In this document: positions 10,835 to 20,783 of the stretch, piece after piece
How positions within the stretch are numbered: position 1 is the first letter of the stretch
How the letters are laid out: each line of letters starts with the position of its first letter
NCBI GenBank assembly: GCA_038054875.1
Contig: JBBUJK010000029.1
Coordinates: forward strand, 7,442 to 71,441
Origin: Patescibacteria group bacterium
GTDB lineage: Bacteria > Patescibacteriota > Patescibacteriia > 2-12-FULL-57-11
Reading direction: 5' to 3'
Length of the DNA: 64,000 nucleotides
Notes under the pieces: model-generated
The model's database searches: none
What the model saw: the letters and a program-made list of their open reading frames with translations, nothing else
Told to the model about the DNA's origin: nothing
Translations under genes and position numbers: made by a program

Positions 10835-12229
10835 ATGCGACATGGGATTCTGCTCTTCGCACTGCTCTGTGCGGCGTGCTCCACCGAGCGCGTCGAGGTC
10901 ATCCACGAGATGACCGGCTGCACGGCCGACGCCATGTGCGACGACCGCGACGACGAGACCAGCGACTGGTGCGAGGCCGATTCCGGCTTCTGCAGCCACG
11001 AGCGCACCGTCGTCGGCGGGCTGTGCGCAAGCGCGGCCGACTGCGACGACGGCGACGCGGCGACGGTCGATGCCTGCGAAGGCGGCGACTGCCACCACAC
11101 GCGCGACGTCACCGCGCCCTTCGATCCGGCCGCGCCGGAGCGGCAGGACGCGTACCTGATCTGCGAGACGCCCAGCATGCGTGACGTGGCTCCCGTGGGT
11201 GCGCTCACCGCAGAGCTCATCCTCGAGGGCTGCTACGAGCCGGCGTTCTGGAACGAGACGGGGTACCGCATGACTGCGGTGATCCGCGGTCTCGAGCCCG
11301 ATGAGAGCCTTCCGGTTCGCATCGCGCCGCAGCTGCGGGTCGGTGATCCGAGCGATCGGTATCACGTCACGGTCAGCACCCTCTACAGTTCCGGACTGAC
11401 CACTCTGGAGCGCGTGTCTCTCGCCGGAGACTTCTCCGTTGCGGAGATCGAGGCGGGTCTCGAGGTGACGGTTCCGGGATCGCCTTCCGGTCCGGTCGTG
11501 GGCGGCGCGCAGGTCATCTTGCGCTTCCAGCCGATCGGAGAGGTGCGATCGCGCACCATCCAGTGGGCGCTCCCACCGGACGGAGTGACGCGGCTCGACG
11601 GAGGGACGCCCATCCATACGTGGCCGGCGTCTTCCTCCTTCATGCGCGTGCCGCGCCACGGATTCCTCCGCATCAACGAAGGGTCCGGCGGCGAGGCGCA
11701 GTGTACGGGAGAGCTGCGCACGCTCGACGTACCGCCGTCTGGCTACATCCTCGGCGGCCTGGTGCGTGAGGAGTCCGATCCGGAGATCTTCTATCTCACG
11801 GATTTCGATTCGCCGCGGCGCCTCTACGAGTTCCAGGGCCTGCGGGGGGCGATCGACTGGTTCGGTTGGTGGGAGACCACCTGCGCCCAGGTCAGCGTCG
11901 TCCCCGACGGCAGCTTGGATGATCCGGGATTCGTTCGCGCGACGGTCGGTCTCCGTCCCGGCACCAGCGTGACGTGGTACGACCCGACGAGCGGCGTGCG
12001 GCGCTTCGGCTACACGGATCGCAATTTCGTGATTCGGGATACCGACGGAGTGGTCTCGGGGGTCGCCTGTTCCCGGTATCCTTCCTGGAGCGGAGATCTC
12101 CGCGGCTGCGAGCTCGACATCACGAGCATGCTCGCGGAGTACACCGTGATGCTGGCGACCGAGCCGTATCCCGACCTCGACCAGCTTCGGGCCTGGTCGA
12201 TCCAAACGTACGACGGCGGCAGTCCGTAG
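10835..12229 (+). CDS. Cys-rich lipoprotein with MopE-like putative metal-binding motifs
   Basis: Lipobox LLCAACS. Repeated C-x-DC-DD/DDxD spacing (CTADAMCDDRDDETSDWCEADSGFC; CASAADCDDGDAATVDACEGGDC). GC about 70%. Confidence 0.5.
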   Translation: MRHGILLFALLCAACSTERVEVIHEMTGCTADAMCDDRDDETSDWCEADSGFCSHERTVVGGLCASAADCDDGDAATVDACEGGDCHHTRDVTAPFDPAAPERQDAYLICETPSMRDVAPVGALTAELILEGCYEPAFWNETGYRMTAVIRGLEPDESLPVRIAPQLRVGDPSDRYHVTVSTLYSSGLTTLERVSLAGDFSVAEIEAGLEVTVPGSPSGPVVGGAQVILRFQPIGEVRSRTIQWALPPDGVTRLDGGTPIHTWPASSSFMRVPRHGFLRINEGSGGEAQCTGELRTLDVPPSGYILGGLVREESDPEIFYLTDFDSPRRLYEFQGLRGAIDWFGWWETTCAQVSVVPDGSLDDPGFVRATVGLRPGTSVTWYDPTSGVRRFGYTDRNFVIRDTDGVVSGVACSRYPSWSGDLRGCELDITSMLAEYTVMLATEPYPDLDQLRAWSIQTYDGGSP

Positions 12230-12367
12230 CAAGCGCCCCGCGTGGGTCGCAAAGGGGAGGGCAGTGCTCTTCGTGAGCACACCCTCCCATCCTTTTTCCA
12301 GCCCATCTCCGTGAAACGAGGTGCCCTGGAAGAGAGGATCCCTCTCTTGGTTCTTACAACGAGGTCA

Positions 12368-13183
12368 ATGATGCGTGCGCCACTACTCGCACTCCTGCTT
12401 ACCGGCTGCTACCTGTCGCACGAGCGTGCGGCACCCGTCGCGCCCGTGCCAGTCGCGGGTACCGCCATGGTGCGGTTGATCCGCGAAGCGCCCACACCGC
12501 TCGGATCGGATGAGAGTCGCCTGATCGGTGTTCATGTCTGGTCGACGGGCAATCCCATCGGCGTCATGAAGATGCTCTTCGTCCTGCATACCTTCCGAGG
12601 TGATCTCGTGGGCGATCCTGGATGGGGCATGGGCGATTTCCATCTCGAGATGAACGGCGAGGACGTGACGTCGGCTCTCGCCGAGATCTACGCTTGGGAG
12701 GGCCTCGTGGGCGTTGCTCCCAGGGACCTCGAGCAGGTGGTCTACGTCCGCTTCCATCACGAGCTTCTCGTGGATGGTGTCGGGTCGGACTTCATCCTGC
12801 ATGGTCGCGTGACGCGCGGGTCGCTTATGCCGGGTGACGAGCTGGAGCCCCGTTTCGTCTTCGGCGAATTTCCGGAGTGGTCCTGTCCGAATCGGGGGAT
12901 GCTGACGCCCACCTATCCGGTCACGGAGCGTCGCGTCTTCGGACCCGACATCTACAACGACCTTGCAGTCGTGCCGTGCGTTGTGCCGGTCGAGGCGGGT
13001 ACCTCGGAGAGCCCGTGCGCCGACACGACCTACGCGCGATTCCTCTGGTCGCCGCGAACGTCGCCGAGACATTCGGATCTCGACTGCGCAAGTGGCGGGT
13101 CGGATGACTGGGTGAGTGGCGCCTCGACGGACGACCCGGCTGCCATGGGTTCGGATCTCGTCGGCGAGACGCATCGTCCGTAG
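12368..13183 (+). CDS. hypothetical lipoprotein
   Basis: Start MMRAPLLALLLTGC (lipobox), preceded by a conserved leader module. Six-frame ORF 12242..13183 trimmed to the ATG after the conserved SD. Confidence 0.5.
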   Translation: MMRAPLLALLLTGCYLSHERAAPVAPVPVAGTAMVRLIREAPTPLGSDESRLIGVHVWSTGNPIGVMKMLFVLHTFRGDLVGDPGWGMGDFHLEMNGEDVTSALAEIYAWEGLVGVAPRDLEQVVYVRFHHELLVDGVGSDFILHGRVTRGSLMPGDELEPRFVFGEFPEWSCPNRGMLTPTYPVTERRVFGPDIYNDLAVVPCVVPVEAGTSESPCADTTYARFLWSPRTSPRHSDLDCASGGSDDWVSGASTDDPAAMGSDLVGETHRP

Positions 13184-13312
13184 GCGAGTCACCCGCAGGG
13201 GAGGGGCAGTCGAGTCCAGCTCGACACCCTCCCATCCTTTTTCCAGCCCATCTCCGTGAAACGAGGTGCCCTGGAAGAGAGGATCCCCCTCTTGGTTCTT
13301 ACAACGAGGTCA

Positions 13313-14125
13313 ATGATGCGTTCCTTGTTTCTCGCACTCGCGTTCTGCGCGAGCGGTTGCGGTGCACGGAGCGGACTCGAGTGTCCCGAGGTGCCCGTGC
13401 GGATTGCGGACGCCGGAATTCCGGACGCGCCGCTTCCCGTCGACGGCGGGACGGATGCCGGCAGCGACGCGGGAGTCGATGCCGGACCGCCCGCGCCGAC
13501 CTGCGTGGAGCCGGAGCCCGGTCGGCCTGTGGACTGCTCCTTCTACCTGAGCACGGGGCCTGGTGGCGGCTGCTTCTGTCGAACCTGCCCGCCGCGTTCC
13601 GACGACCGGGACCTCGCGCCCGGCAGCCTGGTACGGGGTACGAGTTCGTTCGCCAGTCATGTGGTGTACGTCATCGGGCGTGACGGCAGGCGGCATGTCT
13701 TCCCGTCGCCGCTCGAGCTCGCCTCCTGGCTCGGTGATGCTTCAAGCGCGGGTCCGACGCACCGCTGGGGCGACGGCGAGGACCGCAACCACATCTGCGC
13801 CCACATCGTGCAGGTGCCGGACGACGTCCTGAGCGCTTACCCGCTCAGCGATCGGAACGTGACGGTCCGACCCGGCACGTACATCGTCACCATCGATACC
13901 GTGCCGACGGAATGGGCGATCGACCGCGGGGGAGTGCTCCGCGAAATGACCCCCGAGATCTCCGAGGAGATCTGGCCGTTCTCCGCCCGCCGTCGCGTAC
14001 GGATCGTCGACGATGCGCTCTTCGGCAGCTACGTGCTCGGTTCGCCGGTCACGTCGGCCGCCGACTACGATCTCGATGCGCTCGCCCGCGTCACGCTGCT
14101 CGACGATCTCGAGGCACGGCCGTAA
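13313..14125 (+). CDS. hypothetical lipoprotein
   Basis: Start MMRSLFLALAFCASGC. The leader and first codons are near-identical to the preceding gene; the body is unrelated. Confidence 0.5.
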   Translation: MMRSLFLALAFCASGCGARSGLECPEVPVRIADAGIPDAPLPVDGGTDAGSDAGVDAGPPAPTCVEPEPGRPVDCSFYLSTGPGGGCFCRTCPPRSDDRDLAPGSLVRGTSSFASHVVYVIGRDGRRHVFPSPLELASWLGDASSAGPTHRWGDGEDRNHICAHIVQVPDDVLSAYPLSDRNVTVRPGTYIVTIDTVPTEWAIDRGGVLREMTPEISEEIWPFSARRRVRIVDDALFGSYVLGSPVTSAADYDLDALARVTLLDDLEARP

Positions 14126-14226
14126 CGCACGGTCAATCGGGAGTGGAGCTCACACGAGCTCCGTTCCCGTCCTTTTTCCAGCGCACCTCGCAACACGCGA
14201 AGCGTCCTGGAAGTGAGGAGAACCAG

Positions 14227-14547
14227 ATGCGTCAGGGCTTGTTCGTTGTCATTCTGTTCCTTGCGGCGGCCTGCGCCGGACCGATGCGGGAGGCGGAGCT
14301 GCTTTCCGTGCCGGAGTGGCGCGGCACGCGGCCCGCATTCCTCTCCGAACAGGAGACGGACTGCGACGCGGAGTTCGCGCGCACCTGGCTCTTGCAGCCG
14401 CCCCCGTGCGATCCTTCAGTGCTGGATCCCTGGCGGAGCATGAGCAGCCGCCGAGCGCCGCTTCGGCCGGAGCGGTCGTTCCGGCAATCCCGTCTGCGCG
14501 AGTCGGACACGACGATCGAGGAGGAGCTCGCGGCCCCCGCGCCCTGA
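14227..14547 (+). CDS. hypothetical small lipoprotein
   Basis: MRQGLFVVILFLAAACAG. Preceded by the same leader module (CCTGGAAGTGAGGAG-N6-ATG). Confidence 0.45.
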   Translation: MRQGLFVVILFLAAACAGPMREAELLSVPEWRGTRPAFLSEQETDCDAEFARTWLLQPPPCDPSVLDPWRSMSSRRAPLRPERSFRQSRLRESDTTIEEELAAPAP

Positions 14548-14717
14548 GCGCGGCGCCCCCTGGGAGCGTTATCCCAGTCCTTTTTCAAGACCATCACCGC
14601 GCGGTGCGGTGGCGGTCTGGAAGTGAGGATACAAACGTCGGTGTATCACCCGGCGGCAACGCTCGTAGAAGTGGGTACGGACTTCCTGCAGAAGTGCAGG
14701 AAGAAGGAGAAAACATA

Positions 14718-15110
14718 GTGAGATTCATTCTGACGGCTGTCTGCGCATTCGCCCTCAGCGGCTGCGCAGCGCTCGACCAGTACAGCGCGCGGCGCTCGGC
14801 CGAGTACGCGCGCGCCCGGCATGCGGAGCACGCCGAGGTCGAGCATCACGCCCTGCGTGACGGCACGACGATCCGACGGATCGACGCGTGCCGGGAGGAG
14901 CGGTGCATCGGCCACGGCCGCATCTGCACCATGAACATCCTCGATGCGGACGGGGACGGCAGTGCAGCCGCATCCTGCGGCGGCGAGGACTGCCGGGACG
15001 ACGACCCGACGGTCTCCCCGAACATGTCCGAGATCCGGGACGGCATCGACAACGACTGCGACGGCATGGTCGACGAGACCTGCGCCCCGGGCGAATCCCT
15101 TCATCTCTGA
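14718..15110 (+). CDS. lipoprotein with MopE-like metal-binding motif
   Basis: GTG start 8 nt after AAGGAG. Lipobox FALSGC. C-terminus CGGEDCRDDDPTVSPNMSEIRDGIDNDCDGMVDETC matches the putative Cu/metal-binding repeat known from myxobacterial MopE-like proteins. Confidence 0.5.
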   Translation: MRFILTAVCAFALSGCAALDQYSARRSAEYARARHAEHAEVEHHALRDGTTIRRIDACREERCIGHGRICTMNILDADGDGSAAASCGGEDCRDDDPTVSPNMSEIRDGIDNDCDGMVDETCAPGESLHL

Positions 15111-15202
15111 TGAGGAGGTCCGCCCGTTCTTTTTTATGGAAGGCCTTCGACGCGTCGAGGGGCTTCCACTGTCAGGCTGTGCCGTGTTAGATTGCTCGCG
15201 AT

Positions 15203-16468
15203 ATGCGCTACTCCCAGCTGTTCGCCAAGACCTCGAAGACCGTGCCGCACGACGCCGACTCCGCCAACGCGCGCTTCTTGGTGCAGGGCGGCTTTGTGAG
15301 TCAGCTCGCCGCTGGCATCTACACGTATTTGCCGTTCGGTTTGCGCGTCCTCGATAAGATCAAGAACATCATTCGCGAGGAGATGAACGCGCTCGGTGCA
15401 CAGGAAGTGCTCATGCCTGCACTCACCCCGAAGGAGCCCTGGACCGTGACCGGGCGCTGGAATGAGATCGACGTGTTGTTCAAGCTCGAGGGTCACGGCG
15501 ACAAGGAGTACGCGCTCGGCTCGACGCACGAGGAGATTGTGACGCCGCTCGTGCAGCAGTTCGTGAAGTCGTACAAGGATTTGCCGACGAGCGTCTATCA
15601 GATCCAGGACAAATTCCGGAACGAACCGCGCGCGAAGTCCGGCTTGTTGCGTGGCCGCGAGTTTTCGATGAAGGACATGTACAGCTTTCACCTCACGGAA
15701 GCGGACTTCGAACAGTATTACGAGCGTGCCAAGGAAGCGTATTTCAACGTCTACCGCCGCTGCGGGCTTGAAGCGCTCATCGTCGAAGCATCGGGCGGCG
15801 CGTTCTCCAAGTTCAGTCATGAGTTTCAAGTGCTGACAGACTCCGGCGAAGACCTGGTGTTCCACTGCGCCTGCGGCTTTGCGCAGAACAAGGAAATCGC
15901 CGAGGTGAAAGAAGGCGACACTTGCCCGAAATGCGGAGAAGGGAAGATTGCAGCGGACAAAGCCATCGAGGTCGGCAATATCTTTCCGCTCAAGAGCCGC
16001 TTCACCGACGCATTCAACTTTAAGGTCGCAAGTCAGGATGGCAAGCCGCAGCCAGTTCTCATGGGCTGCTACGGCATCGGTCCTTCGCGCGTCATGGGCA
16101 CGATCGTCGAGGTCCACCATGACGACAAGGGGATTGTCTGGCCGCGCGGCGTGGCGCCGTTCGATATCCACGTCGTCTCGATCGGCGGCAAGGATTCGGA
16201 GAAGGTGATGGCTGCGGCGGAAGCACTCGTCAAAGACATCGAGGCTACGGGACTTGAGGTGCTTTGGGATGACCGCGACGCGCCGCCGGGCGAGAAGTTC
16301 GCCGACGCCGACCTGATCGGCATCCCGTTGCGGCTTGTCGTGTCCGAAAAGTCGCTCGCGAAAGACGTCGTCGAGTGGAAGGAGCGCGGCAGTGAGAAAG
16401 CCGATCTCATCCCGAAGAACGATTTGATCGAGGCCGTGCGCGCTTGGGTGGGGCTGCGCGTCGCATAA
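15203..16468 (+). CDS. proS: prolyl-tRNA synthetase (short form, no editing domain)
   Basis: 421 aa. Class II aaRS motifs (FRNEPRAKSGLLRGREFSMKDMYSF; GCYGIGPSRVMGTIVE) and C-terminal anticodon-binding domain. Confidence 0.9.
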   Translation: MRYSQLFAKTSKTVPHDADSANARFLVQGGFVSQLAAGIYTYLPFGLRVLDKIKNIIREEMNALGAQEVLMPALTPKEPWTVTGRWNEIDVLFKLEGHGDKEYALGSTHEEIVTPLVQQFVKSYKDLPTSVYQIQDKFRNEPRAKSGLLRGREFSMKDMYSFHLTEADFEQYYERAKEAYFNVYRRCGLEALIVEASGGAFSKFSHEFQVLTDSGEDLVFHCACGFAQNKEIAEVKEGDTCPKCGEGKIAADKAIEVGNIFPLKSRFTDAFNFKVASQDGKPQPVLMGCYGIGPSRVMGTIVEVHHDDKGIVWPRGVAPFDIHVVSIGGKDSEKVMAAAEALVKDIEATGLEVLWDDRDAPPGEKFADADLIGIPLRLVVSEKSLAKDVVEWKERGSEKADLIPKNDLIEAVRAWVGLRVA

Positions 16469-16471
16469 ATA

Positions 16472-16503
16472 AAAAAAGCCCGGCGAGGTGCCGGGCTTTT
16501 TTT
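16472..16503. terminator. bidirectional terminator between proS and hup
   Basis: AAAAAAAGCCCGGCGAGGTGCCGGGCTTTTTTTATTT. Confidence 0.65.
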
Positions 16504-16783
16504 ATTTGCCTTTGAGTGCGTCCTTGAGATTCTTGCCGGCCTTGAATTTCGGCACGACGACGTCGGCGATCTGGATTTTTTCGGTGGGGTTGCGCGGGTT
16601 CACGCCGGTGCGGCCCTTGCGGACGCGGGCCTGGAAGGCGCCGAAGCCGGCGATGTTCACTTCGCCTCCGGCCTTGAGCGTCTGGGTGATGACCTCGGTC
16701 ATCTCCTCGATCATGCGCTCGGTCTGCGTCTTGGGGAGCTGTAATTTTTCCGCCAATGTTGCTGCGAGTTCTGCTTTGTTCAT
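16502..16783 (-). CDS. hup: DNA-binding protein HU
   Basis: 93 aa. MNKAELAATLAEK...GFGAF...RNPRTG matches the HU/IHF family signature. Confidence 0.9.
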   Translation of the reverse strand: MNKAELAATLAEKLQLPKTQTERMIEEMTEVITQTLKAGGEVNIAGFGAFQARVRKGRTGVNPRNPTEKIQIADVVVPKFKAGKNLKDALKGK

Positions 16784-16792
16784 ATCCTGTGA

Positions 16793-17617
16793 TTACACCG
16801 TGACGTATTCTTGCAAACGTTCGATGTGCGTGGCATGTCCGGTCGCGGGATCAACGGTGATGTGCAAGCCGTTCACGACGGCGTACCCGCTCTCCGGCAT
16901 CTCGGCGCCGTGAAGTTGTTCTCCTGCGCGGAATGCCGCGAGCGGTGCTGCTTTCTCGATGCCGATCACCCCGTCTGCGAAGCCGGTCATGCCGACGTCG
17001 GTCTGGTAGGCAGTGCCTGGCGGCAGAATGCGCGTGTCCGCGGTCGACACGTGGGTGTGCGTTCCCCAGACGGCGCTGGCCCGGCCCGCAACGTACCAGC
17101 CGAAGCCGACGCGTTCCGAAGTGATTTCTCCGTGCAGGTCGACGAGCACGATCTTCGCCTCAGGATGTTCCGCGACGATGCGGTCAAAGGCAGTGAAGGG
17201 GTTTGCGACCAGTTCCCCATCGCGCATCTTCACCTGGCAGAGCAAGTTTACCACAAGCACTGGCGTGCCGCCGACATCGACGACAACAATGCCTTTACCC
17301 GGCCGATCATCCGAAAAGTTGGCGGGTCGGAGCACGCGGTCGCGCCAGAGCGGATGCGCGAGCATCATCACGCCGTGTCCTTCGAACGTGTGGTTGCCGC
17401 CGGTCAGGAGCTGAACGCCAGCATCAAAGAGTTCCTGAGCTGTTGACTCCGTAATGCCTTTGCCGTGTGCTAGGTTCTCGCCGTTGGCGATGATGAGGTC
17501 CGGCGCGTACTTTTTTTTCCAGGCGGGGAGTACGACCGCGAGCGCGCGTCGTCCGACGCGGCCCATGACGTCCCCGAAGACGAGGATCTCCACCTGTGGT
17601 GAGCGGAGTCGAACCAT
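16793..17617 (-). CDS. ymdB: YmdB-like metallophosphoesterase (2',3'-cyclic nucleotide phosphodiesterase family)
   Basis: ILVFGDVMGRVGRRAL...IANGENLAHGKGIT matches TIGR00282-type YmdB. Lies immediately downstream of rny, as in Firmicutes. Confidence 0.8.
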   Translation of the reverse strand: MVRLRSPQVEILVFGDVMGRVGRRALAVVLPAWKKKYAPDLIIANGENLAHGKGITESTAQELFDAGVQLLTGGNHTFEGHGVMMLAHPLWRDRVLRPANFSDDRPGKGIVVVDVGGTPVLVVNLLCQVKMRDGELVANPFTAFDRIVAEHPEAKIVLVDLHGEITSERVGFGWYVAGRASAVWGTHTHVSTADTRILPPGTAYQTDVGMTGFADGVIGIEKAAPLAAFRAGEQLHGAEMPESGYAVVNGLHITVDPATGHATHIERLQEYVTV

Positions 17618-17621
17618 GCGT

Positions 17622-19145
17622 TTAGCGCGCTGTTTCGATGACGCGCGTTTCGCGGATCACGGTGACGCGGATTTCTCCGGGATATTTCAGCTCAGCTTCG
17701 ATCTTGCTCGCGATCTCCTTGGCGAGCTTGTACGCGGCGAAGTCATCGACCGCCTTGGGCGACACGAAGACGCGCAAGTCGCGGCCGGCCTGGATGGCGT
17801 AGGCCTTCTCGACGCCCGGGAACGACGTTGCCACGTTCTCGAGTTCCTCGAGGCGGCGGACGTATTCAGCGAGCGTGTCCTTGCGCGCGCCCGGGCGGGC
17901 GCCGCTGATCGCGTCGGCGGCCTTCACAATCACGGCTTCCAACGTCTTCGGTTTATCCTCATGATGGCCGATCGACTGGTAGCAGAGCTCTTCCGGGAAA
18001 CCGAACTTCTTCATGATGTTGTAGCCGATCTCCGGGTGAGAACCCTGGATGTCGTGGTCCACGGCTTTGCCGATGTCGTGGAACAGGCCGCCTTTTTTAC
18101 AGACAGTGATGTCAGCGCCGAGCTCTTCGGCCATGAGGGTCGAAAGCTGCGCCACTTCCATGGAGTGCTGGAGCGCATTCTGTCCGTAGCTGGTGCGGAA
18201 CTTGAGACGACCGAGGATCTGGATGAGCTTCGGATCAACGCCGGTGATGCCGAGTTCGTACAGCGCTTCTTCGCCGGCCTTCCGCATGTCGTTGTTCAAC
18301 TCTTTCTTTGCTTCGTCGACCGCTTCCTCGATGCGGCCCGGGTGGATGCGCCCGTCCGCCAAAAGCTTGTCGAGCGCGCGTTTGGCAATCTGACGGCGCA
18401 CCGGAGAGAAGCCGGAGATAGTGATGATGCCCGGCGTGTCGTCAACGATGAGTTCGCAGCCCGTGAGGTTTTCAATGGCCTTGATGTTGCGGCCTTCCTT
18501 GCCGATGATGCGGCCCTTCATGTCGTCGGCGGGCAGCTGCACCGAGGTCGTCGTGGTGTCGACGGCGTGCGAGGAAGCCAGGCGCTGGATGGTCGTGGCC
18601 AGAATGTTCTTGGCTTTGACTTCAAGCTCCTCGGCCGTGACCTGCTCGAGTTTGCGGATGCGTGAGACGATTTCTTCCTTCTGCGATTCTTCGACGAGCG
18701 CCGTGATGCGCTCGATAGCTTGCTCGCGGGTCAACCCCGCGATGGCCTGGAGTTTCTCAATCTGTTCTTCTTTCAGTTTATCGATGGAGGAGCGATCGGC
18801 TTCAACGGCCGCGGCTTTTTCCTGGAGCTTCGTGATTTTATCCTGGAACTCCATGAACTTCTGATCGAACAGCGTTTCGCGCTTCTCAAGCCGCTGTTGC
18901 GTCTCGGTCACTTCGTTGCGGCGGGTGGCGGCTTCGCGTTTTCCTTCTTCAACAATTTTTAGCGCCTTGTCGTTGGCATCGATCGCAAGCTGCTGCGCCT
19001 TCTTCGTGGCTTCGTTCACGATGTGACCGGCTTTGGCTTCGGCCGAGCCGATCTTTCCTGCGGCCAGTTTCTGCCGCAGGACATAACCAACAGCCCCACC
19101 GGCCAGAAGGCCGCCGAGGAGGAAAAGAATGGTGAACGGGGACAT
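17622..19145 (-). CDS. rny: ribonuclease Y
   Basis: N-terminal TM helix, coiled coil, KH domain (GRIIGKEGRNIKAIENLTG) and HD domain (LFHDIGKAVDHD). 507 aa. Confidence 0.9.
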   Translation of the reverse strand: MSPFTILFLLGGLLAGGAVGYVLRQKLAAGKIGSAEAKAGHIVNEATKKAQQLAIDANDKALKIVEEGKREAATRRNEVTETQQRLEKRETLFDQKFMEFQDKITKLQEKAAAVEADRSSIDKLKEEQIEKLQAIAGLTREQAIERITALVEESQKEEIVSRIRKLEQVTAEELEVKAKNILATTIQRLASSHAVDTTTTSVQLPADDMKGRIIGKEGRNIKAIENLTGCELIVDDTPGIITISGFSPVRRQIAKRALDKLLADGRIHPGRIEEAVDEAKKELNNDMRKAGEEALYELGITGVDPKLIQILGRLKFRTSYGQNALQHSMEVAQLSTLMAEELGADITVCKKGGLFHDIGKAVDHDIQGSHPEIGYNIMKKFGFPEELCYQSIGHHEDKPKTLEAVIVKAADAISGARPGARKDTLAEYVRRLEELENVATSFPGVEKAYAIQAGRDLRVFVSPKAVDDFAAYKLAKEIASKIEAELKYPGEIRVTVIRETRVIETAR

Positions 19146-19431
19146 AGGGGGTCAGGGCAGACCGCGCCTGAACCCGCTGCCGAAAACGCCGGGAGACTTA
19201 ACGCAAAACCTGGTGGCGTTCTGCCACCTTCGGGTCGGAAAAAGCGGACGATGCGTAAGCGTTCCTCATGGCGAGATTGTCGGCAACAAGCACAACCAGC
19301 ACGGAATACTGCCGTTACGTCGAGTCAAGACTTCTGGTGCGACTCTAGCACGGGGGTTGACCCCGGGCAAGAATTGTGGTAGGTTGCGCGGTCTTTCCGG
19401 GATCGTATTCCCCCCGGAAAGTGGAGGTTAC

Positions 19432-20475
19432 GTGGCTGTAAAGAAGACCGAGATTGTGATCCCGCGGACCGGGATCATGGGCTGGGTCGCGGCCGAAGTG
19501 CTCACGACCCATCCGGATCTTGCCGCGCAGGTCGCGGCGGATGCCCGGATTCGACGAGCAGCGGTGGGCCCTGAGTGGCGCCGGGATGTGCCCGAAGCCG
19601 GGGACCTCCCGGCGGACGAGTACGAGGTTCGGGCGCGCGCCATCCTGGTGAGCGTCTGCCCCGAGGAAGGCTGCATTGGCCAACGGGAGATCCTGACCTC
19701 GCCGGACTACGGACTGGCTGGGCTGTCGGAGCTTTTGGTCGGAGACCCGACGGCGCGCGACCCGCAGTTCGGTACGTTCCCCGGGACGCTCTCGGAGACT
19801 GCGCAGGCGCTGTGGGATTTGGCCGAGGGTGGGACGATTCCTGCTGCTGAGGCCGAAGCAACCTGTCGCTTCCTGGCTCGCGCCGCGTTGGCGCGATTCC
19901 GGGCAGGGAATGCGGTGGCAGCCGACATGAACGCGCTGCCGCTCAGGGCATTCATTCGTGCGCCGGGCACGCCCTGGCTCCACGAGCGGACCTTCGCCCG
20001 CGCCGGCGTGCATCTGCATCAGATGCGCAAGGCAGCGGCCCGCGACTGGCGTGTGGGTCGCGGACGGATCATTCCGGTGGCAACGCCGCAGGGGACGATC
20101 AAAGTCGCGGTCTGCCGGAGCAGTGCTCCGCATCTCGCGCAGTGGCTGTTCGAGAACGAAGCGCCGAACGTGGTGCTCCGGCTCGAGGACGGCGGCTTCT
20201 TCTGCCGCGCCGACAAGAACAGCGGTATCACCCTGCACCGCGCCGTCGCCGCTTGGCGTCGCGCCGCGCTCGATCGGCCGCTGACCGAGGACGAGGAAGA
20301 CGCGCTCGAGGAGTACGGCCGGCCCTTCGGGACCCCCATCGACTTCTGGTGCGACGACCTCACGGCGGGCAACAAGATGCTCGCCAACCCCCATCTCCCG
20401 GCGGTCGCTATCGACCCCGAGAAGATCGTGGAGATGCTCATCACTTCGTTCGCCGTCGTGGCGGAGGAGTGGTGA
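19432..20475 (+). CDS. hypothetical protein (347 aa, Ala/Arg-rich)
   Basis: GTG start after the GGAGG RBS and a promoter TTGACC-N17-TAGGTT at 19357. GC about 68%. No recognised domain. Followed by the hairpin/T-tract GAGG..CCTCTTTTTTT. Confidence 0.45.
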   Translation: MAVKKTEIVIPRTGIMGWVAAEVLTTHPDLAAQVAADARIRRAAVGPEWRRDVPEAGDLPADEYEVRARAILVSVCPEEGCIGQREILTSPDYGLAGLSELLVGDPTARDPQFGTFPGTLSETAQALWDLAEGGTIPAAEAEATCRFLARAALARFRAGNAVAADMNALPLRAFIRAPGTPWLHERTFARAGVHLHQMRKAAARDWRVGRGRIIPVATPQGTIKVAVCRSSAPHLAQWLFENEAPNVVLRLEDGGFFCRADKNSGITLHRAVAAWRRAALDRPLTEDEEDALEEYGRPFGTPIDFWCDDLTAGNKMLANPHLPAVAIDPEKIVEMLITSFAVVAEEW

Positions 20476-20526
20476 GCCTCTTTTTTTATCCTGAGCGGCA
20501 GTCGAAGGATGGCTCCCTCGACTCAC

Positions 20527-20555
20527 TCCGTTCGCTCGGGACAGGGTTGACAAAA
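20527..20555 (+). promoter_or_regulatory. consensus sigma70 promoter TTGACA-N17-TATAAA
   Basis: TTGACA 20527-20532, 17-nt spacer aaaccgttcttttcagg, TATAAA 20550-20555. The -35/spacer is nearly identical to the promoters at 27165 and 37195. Confidence 0.55.
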
Positions 20556-20783
20556 CCGTTCTTTTCAGGTATAAAGATATGTCTTCTCAATGGCCAGTCG
20601 TGCCACCTGGAGAAGGCTTTGAACCTTGAAAATTCAAGGAAAAAGCAGACGGGTCGCCGACCGTGGGAATCTGTATGGTTTCCAGGGTTGGTGGCCCGTC
20701 CATGGTGGAATGGGGCCTGTGTTCGAGTGAGTGAATATTTGGCCGAAAGGCCGTGCGCTCCGTAAGGAGCAAAGAGGAGTGCC

